From NCBI GenBank assembly GCA_024672315.1, contig GCA_024672315.1_4714.1: DNA of 64,000 nucleotides, one strand, 5' to 3'. The notes beneath the pieces were generated by a model. That model saw nothing but the letters and a program-made list of their open reading frames with translations. It was not told where the DNA came from and did not search any database. A program made the translations under genes and the position numbers. This DNA is from a phage. This document shows positions 60,201 to 64,000 of this stretch, one piece after another; position 1 is the first letter of the stretch, and every line of letters starts with the position of its first letter.

Positions 60201-60885
60201 GGTTAACGGCGGTTTTAACGGATTACGCGATGTTGAACAACGTTCAGCTTATTGGATTCAGGCGGCTAAGAATGGCACCCTGAAGAGAATGATGGACGAG
60301 TTATCAGGGTCAACATCAGACGATCAAGCTGAAGGACCGACCACTGCCGAACAGGTGAAGAACGAAGCAGCACAAGAGGCAAACGGAACACCTGCTGTAA
60401 GCAACGATCCGCAAGCCCCAGTATCTTCTACTACCCCTGAAGCTAAACCGTCTGCGGCTGCCGGGACGGCCCCAGCACCTGGAGAAGCATCACCAACGCC
60501 TGGAAGTTTCGAAACAGCAAAAGCCGCGGCAGGACAACCGACATCAACTCCAGCACCTAGCGATTTGCCGTCAAACCCGGGCGCAAATCGAGGGATATCG
60601 GTTCCGAATACGCCTGCACAGGTTGCGCAGTCTGCGACACAAACATCGGTTGCAAGTGAGAACTTCTACGGTAGCGCAGGTGAAATTCTCCGACAGCAGC
60701 TGACCACGCAGCAGAACATCGAGAAGAACACCGGTAGAACGAATGAACTTATTTCGGAATTAATCCAAGCCGTTAAGGGTTCTTCTATCGGTAAGGGTTC
60801 TGCAGGTCCTTCTCAACAACAGACGATGTCGCTACCTAATCGTCCGCAAGGAATCTCTCCAACACGGACAAGGTACGCACAGTAG
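54220..60885 (+). CDS. giant virion-associated protein with C-terminal GH19-type lysozyme domain (phiKZ gp181-like)
   Basis: ORF-track 54103..60885 begins at a TTG; ATG at 54220 has GGAGG 7 nt upstream. A Gly/Ala/Leu-rich hydrophobic segment (LGGLGAVLSGGASLTGLLGKGLISGTGALVKGGLSAAGWLGRGALMAGGAALNAVGG) lies mid-protein; the C-terminal domain contains IEHESGNYTHVREG and YLGRGFIQVTGKANY, typical GH19 lysozyme/chitinase signatures. Gene order (RNAP beta, beta', giant hydrolase) matches phiKZ gp178-gp180-gp181. Confidence 0.8.
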   Translation: MVDKTRVEGDDNWDNWDEDFSLDLDFNEPKDDRKPITRFAIGAVKGAAEDLTSYERMKEIARNALPKGYSDGMDLIDSAVGSTKELYNEAVRDVLPKVQSSKRLAAQLTKKYRASMPDFSKKILEQWEREAKEEDERKHAEETLRQRMASAGDDEIARKVAEALGESANQNADQFAEQQAKESIRDDIADKRYAVTNKQMSAMQEGVAKMVGFNNEFAARYMRKSLELKYRSLAIQRASFDQHKKLAEVYIGLLQNIQKNTALPDAAKAKMSEEFRRSAYQRFFGNALDAMGSFENRFFADVKKNLATNALGALKGVVSGANDALYGLNEARDSMSMMDGMGSEGDIKEMQGKMLGQFIGSTVAPWMANKGRMALRDLAKRHPNAKFASALKAVDQGGEAAAYTTRNLGKLLQEDIRKNEFNLSDPFYKQLIRGAGRWAFNMDSGRNFRVMNDTAETLAEQTSFDGLTYRSINEVIPGFLARILKSSEGIRTGNSDPDYEVYDGISGQFVSQRTREQSVNDTLFNKRTFGYYASRFNEVISVIDPDKKLSEKARKALAKQLARDSDANIAFDPARFTDESNFDRSIDRDAIKELSTYFRDRYGIRDDINDKGERHQVIGNRGQYYTERNRADLRYGNLKSLQPDIQRNLNLLKRTGDVQYLERIGIVTRNSDGSYSVNHDRYFSEIDRYIDRPEYAERNDVNTRLTAQETRALALGYRDAKPSADDVQNAGLPHIGRKAVGTVTVDENIGYDKWWNDTGVITTSLEEQNRAWQELYLEALSEASEQRTEMLALLKAISEKDRSNNVSLDGEDVPEGTAPISFIDRAKQKLGARNPFKGGRNLLWKGIKNTARWGVKGARWGAERTLGSLVNSGRRIINFNRFVFGALSKVDQVPFDIYVKGESQPRILAAKLRQGLYFDEATGKAVKRMKDIKGPLVDADGNIVISNEDIEKGLVTRAGRAFENSGLKAWAREGLNGITTVLSLPRMLKRGAVEIYKQLDKTPDVYVKGESTPRLLSMVLAAGGYFRRSDGQVIKNLEDIDGDVVDAQGNVVLTLADMQKGLVDKYGKAIRRLKEKLINFGVKAFTLPLTLLRKTKDILKALPGKAVNGLRRMGLNFQSPDALLVGTTSSMVDRLDAIYQLLDQRMPGGDKDYRDWNGDGVREGSLEDLKRKREAKENGKDDTGKDSNKGEEKEKKRGLLGSLFDMLGDTALGKRLMASPLGKILGGLGAVLSGGASLTGLLGKGLISGTGALVKGGLSAAGWLGRGALMAGGAALNAVGGLSGLGAFLISPVGLAIAGGALAAYAGWKIYQHFAEKPDPMQKLRLIAYGAKGDDKDFNKKLLATETYLTDHVVMTGDTIGFDPKADSEKILEIWELSLEDSDRMNEWKRWYLHRFIPVFARAYKLWKEHMPDEKKYMEMDKYPNGENKVKWSEAFIWPSDSPDGPYYVEANPLGSSGATRYIAGQDVKTLMLKQLEAIKKEYQNQIKQYTHDEAIADWSRMSDTQRKSVAPNALRGQKASLRFNDKRYNSAGAKGRQKLDATAVIESVDRRGRKWVAGGYIDELTSLRVRAYGIKVPLLSQIKVLMELEDAVEPGVVAEGKGVKYGGDLVALYKKFATKFGRDVNSKRDQDIWFAWMNNRFLPVFLTYYQQVSDMGGQGLLSDVVQNLKDSQRWEIGEALVATQYRDEKGTLQPVWSWNSCGFSGTEANTTSSSTKSQLDLLKEYADKEKVREKNAEASQEDADKLSKIQELMMKQAGYEKKDGVWQKKSRITGGMSNAEANYNPNGNRVGASSFTASATSSAGLGSTGDLTGLPNMGLQKPAMGPGPEAGRRALVKSAVKRGITDPMEMAMFLANIEHESGNYTHVREGNYKTPERLKQVFPYKFRDVQDAAQTISMGPEAVFERVYGNRKDLGNTQKGDGAKYLGRGFIQVTGKANYARLSKTLNKDLVSDPTYLETPEGAAEGSVAWWLNRGNVLRDPAKRGDVRQVRYLVNGGFNGLRDVEQRSAYWIQAAKNGTLKRMMDELSGSTSDDQAEGPTTAEQVKNEAAQEANGTPAVSNDPQAPVSSTTPEAKPSAAAGTAPAPGEASPTPGSFETAKAAAGQPTSTPAPSDLPSNPGANRGISVPNTPAQVAQSATQTSVASENFYGSAGEILRQQLTTQQNIEKNTGRTNELISELIQAVKGSSIGKGSAGPSQQQTMSLPNRPQGISPTRTRYAQ

Positions 60886-60895
60886 TCATTAGTTA

Positions 60896-60916
60896 AGGGC
60901 GGGAGATTCCCGCCCT
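60896..60916 (+). terminator. putative intrinsic terminator
   Basis: AGGGCGGGA-gat-TCCCGCCCT followed by CTTCTTG, 10 nt after the stop of the giant gene. Confidence 0.45.
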
Positions 60917-60934
60917 CTTCTTGAGGAATGTTAC

Positions 60935-63076
60935 ATGGGTATTCTTGTTCAAAACGCCCTAATAACCAAACAAGCGTTTTTATTACCTGGCGATAGCAGC
61001 ACGCTTAGTGCTGACATGATTAAAGCGAGACATACACCGTATTCCTACGATAACGTCGATGATACCACCTTAGGTGGGAACTGGGTGCTTAACCCGCCAC
61101 CGCAATATACCAAATTTGCCGACATCAAAGAACGCCGACGTGCGGTTATGCCGGGATCAACGGGCATGGGCCGAGGCTATAGTGAAAGCATTAACAGCTT
61201 TAAAGAAGTCGTTACCTTACGATTCGGTAAACCTCGCTTTACAGGCGCAAGTATCTTCTTTACCGATTTCTACGACGCCGATGTTGCCGTAACGGTTAAA
61301 ACCGGTCGCGATCCCGGTATTCTTTATTACGCAGCCAAAGCGTATACCACCGTTCTTTCTTACCTCACACCGCTACCTTACCTGTATATGGTTGGACGTA
61401 TCGGTCGATATTTCCTGGGTAAGCCTACCAGTCAATATTACTATCAAGTACCAACCATGCACGTGTATTGGGCGTCTTTCCAGACGCTGGTAAACCAAAC
61501 AGCGATAAACATGGGTCTTATCGCCGGTGCCGGTAAAGATAAAGGCTACGTGGAAGAAGGGGGTACCGTACTCCATCAATATTCAATCGGTGGTCAGAAC
61601 GTTGAAGAATTCATCAACTACGCCTCTAAGACGCTACCGGGGATTTATAAGAAAGGTGGTGGGATCGATATCTACCAGATTGCAACACGTCGTCAGCGTA
61701 TACAAAACGCATGGGTACGTCGTATTCAATCCATGATGGAAAACGATTACTCGTCTTACGAGGAGTTCTGGAACGATCTTGATAAACGACTTGATAGCGG
61801 AGCATTTCCATCGGATGTAACCGGTCGTACGTTAACGCAGTATCTCGCCGACACACAGAAGTCTGCTGTTTACAGTGCGACAGCTGGTGATAATAAACAA
61901 ACGATGGACGACCTTTTATTCGGAAGGGCCTCATACACCAACAAGGATGCTGATGCTAACTTCAATGTCTCAGCGGCTACCTCCGACGGCGGTACGTCAA
62001 CACAGAGTCAGGGTACAACAGCCAATGTCGGTAATTCAACATCGGGGACAACGCAGGCTTCAACAGCAGCATCCACGGCTGGAGGCGCGAACGTACAGAG
62101 CAAAGGAATCGGACAAACGAATGCAGCCGAAGAAGCTACGTTTCTTGATCTGATGGACGCTGAATTGGCCGACGGTGCTCAGTTCATCAGTTTTCGAGTC
62201 GATTCTGTCACCAGTGTAACCGAAACGTTTTCAAACAGTGCTTCAGAAAGTTCAATCGCACAGACGATGAACAGCCGTGCACAAGCGAACATCGAACGTC
62301 GTTTCACCCTCTCCGGCGGTAATACAGGTTGGGCTGTACTGGACGAAGCCATCAAAGCCGGTTCCGACCTCGTTAATGGCGCTATTTCCGGGATGGGTTT
62401 GGATGGTATTTTTGGTGCCTTCATGGGTTCCGGCTTCGCTGACATTCCGAAATTCTATTCTGGGTCTTCGGTAAGTCTACCGCGTGCGGATCTGACGATG
62501 GAATTGCGTTCCTGGAGTGGGGATCGTTGGTCGATCTTTACGAACCTCATGGTACCTCTTTTAGCGATCCTTGCAGGTGGTTTACCTCAGGCTACCGGTA
62601 AATCGTCCTACGGGATGCCATTCATGTGTGAGTGTTATATTCCCGGTAAAGTCCAGATTAAAATGGGTCTTATCGATAACATCACTGTGACGCGTCATGT
62701 TGGGAACGTACCATCAACGCGTGAGCGATTACCGTTGGGTATCGATGTCAGCTTCAGTGTTTATGACCTGTCGTCCATCGTCGCCATGCCGATCACAACG
62801 ACAGCCGCATCGATCGCAAAACTGGATCCTCGTGGCTTCTTAAGTGATCTTCTTGCTGATGATACCCCACTCAACAACTATCTTGCTGTATTATCGGCAT
62901 TGACACTTACGGAACAAGTTTACATGATTCCTGATTTAAGTCGTCGTATGCATAAAACCATGGCCGATATCGATAGTTTCTGGAGCAAAGGTAATTTTGC
63001 TAGCTGGTTATCTGACACCATGCCAGGCAGGATAGCATCAGGGCTGTTATGGAAACGTACAGAACGACCGTTCTGA
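60935..63076 (+). CDS. hypothetical protein, probable virion protein
   Basis: 713-aa ORF directly downstream of the giant hydrolase gene; S/T/G-rich central region. Confidence 0.5.
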   Translation: MGILVQNALITKQAFLLPGDSSTLSADMIKARHTPYSYDNVDDTTLGGNWVLNPPPQYTKFADIKERRRAVMPGSTGMGRGYSESINSFKEVVTLRFGKPRFTGASIFFTDFYDADVAVTVKTGRDPGILYYAAKAYTTVLSYLTPLPYLYMVGRIGRYFLGKPTSQYYYQVPTMHVYWASFQTLVNQTAINMGLIAGAGKDKGYVEEGGTVLHQYSIGGQNVEEFINYASKTLPGIYKKGGGIDIYQIATRRQRIQNAWVRRIQSMMENDYSSYEEFWNDLDKRLDSGAFPSDVTGRTLTQYLADTQKSAVYSATAGDNKQTMDDLLFGRASYTNKDADANFNVSAATSDGGTSTQSQGTTANVGNSTSGTTQASTAASTAGGANVQSKGIGQTNAAEEATFLDLMDAELADGAQFISFRVDSVTSVTETFSNSASESSIAQTMNSRAQANIERRFTLSGGNTGWAVLDEAIKAGSDLVNGAISGMGLDGIFGAFMGSGFADIPKFYSGSSVSLPRADLTMELRSWSGDRWSIFTNLMVPLLAILAGGLPQATGKSSYGMPFMCECYIPGKVQIKMGLIDNITVTRHVGNVPSTRERLPLGIDVSFSVYDLSSIVAMPITTTAASIAKLDPRGFLSDLLADDTPLNNYLAVLSALTLTEQVYMIPDLSRRMHKTMADIDSFWSKGNFASWLSDTMPGRIASGLLWKRTERPF

Positions 63077-63094
63077 TATTCACCGCATAAACCC

Positions 63095-63126
63095 CCCTCT
63101 CCCTTCCCTGATGGGTCGGGAGAGGG
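63095..63126. terminator. GC-rich hairpin between convergent genes
   Basis: CCCTCTCCC-(14-nt loop)-GGGAGAGGG between the ends of 60935..63076 (+) and 63133..63933 (-). Confidence 0.45.
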
Positions 63127-63132
63127 ATTATG

Positions 63133-63933
63133 TTAACCTAACGTCACTGTCGGTAAATCAGGATAAAGTTTCTTCAATCCCGCCATCGTGGTGGTAGTCG
63201 TATAATTCTTACCCATCACAGCAAGAGATGCGTATTTCCTACTGCGGGAGAAAAGGGAATAAAACCCACTGGATGTTTCCATCCACATCGTGAGGAGTTC
63301 TGCATCCTTACCGTGATAGTTCGTTTTACCCCATCCGGGTTTAAACGCATCGGCAAAATCAATTAAACGCGAGGCTTCAGCGTCGTATTCTTTAAGGGTA
63401 AGGTACGATGGGATACGGTAGTTACGGAACAGTAACGTAATGAGTTCAGGGACAACGCTACGGGCACGTTCAGCCGTAATGAGTTCGGTGATAACAGCAG
63501 CTGTACGGAAATCGCCGTTAAGACCAACGCTGCTTAACGATTCCGCTAAAGTGGTCGCCATCGCCACTTTATCCTCCGCTGACCCAGAGTCATACAGACT
63601 ACGTACATCGATATAGTTGCCTGCTAATGCGGCTTGACGAATCAACGACGTGACAACCGTCCGGTTCGTCTTATAGTCGTTGTAGCTGAATTCGGTTCGC
63701 GTTTTCCCTTGATCCTCGAGATACCGATCAACAATCGTCGACAGTTTATAATACTCATCGCCAGACATCAGACTATCGAGAAGCTTAACATTTCCATCTT
63801 TATCGATAAGCTTCCCTAACGCACCATTGGATTGCTGGTTAATGGTGCTGTAAATCTGGTCTTTTACTTGCGATAGGATGTTATCGGTTGACGATATATT
63901 CAGGCCAGTAACATCTTTGATCTTATTCATCAA
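63133..63933 (-). CDS. hypothetical protein
   Basis: 266-aa ORF near the window edge; the true start could lie beyond the window. Confidence 0.4.
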   Translation of the reverse strand: MMNKIKDVTGLNISSTDNILSQVKDQIYSTINQQSNGALGKLIDKDGNVKLLDSLMSGDEYYKLSTIVDRYLEDQGKTRTEFSYNDYKTNRTVVTSLIRQAALAGNYIDVRSLYDSGSAEDKVAMATTLAESLSSVGLNGDFRTAAVITELITAERARSVVPELITLLFRNYRIPSYLTLKEYDAEASRLIDFADAFKPGWGKTNYHGKDAELLTMWMETSSGFYSLFSRSRKYASLAVMGKNYTTTTTMAGLKKLYPDLPTVTLG

Positions 63934-64000
63934 CGCGTTTTCATTCAGGGAGATTTTGCCTCCGCTGATATCGATGAAAGAATTAAGATCGCTTATGGAA

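Noticed and set aside
1-64000. tRNA genes, rRNA genes and CRISPR arrays
   Set aside because: No cloverleaf-like candidates were noticed in the non-coding stretches and no regularly spaced direct repeats were seen; this was a visual scan, so a tRNA scan would be needed to be sure.

Overview
This window reads as a densely packed, mostly minus-strand segment of a nucleus-forming jumbo phage (phiKZ-like, Chimalliviridae-type); every call rests on motifs read by eye from the sequence, with no database search run. Recognisable genes include a PhuZ-like phage tubulin, a 631-aa candidate chimallin (nuclear-shell protein) next to a non-virion RNA polymerase beta'-like gene, a second RNA polymerase module (1448-aa beta-like subunit plus beta'-like subunit) followed by a 2221-aa virion protein with a GH19-type lysozyme domain, a large terminase, tail sheath and tube, and an Mre11/SbcD-like nuclease. 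The most striking result is that both beta'-like genes appear to be interrupted at the catalytic DFDGD motif by group I introns (two introns flanking a 19-nt micro-exon in one, a single 519-nt intron in the other), so the ORF-track ends for these genes are artefacts. A recurring TATATTAC motif upstream of four minus-strand genes matches the phiKZ early-promoter consensus, and GC-rich hairpins sit in most intergenic gaps. No tRNA, rRNA or CRISPR array was recognised. Many ORFs remain hypothetical, and several start codons were re-assigned from the ORF track on the basis of Shine-Dalgarno position.
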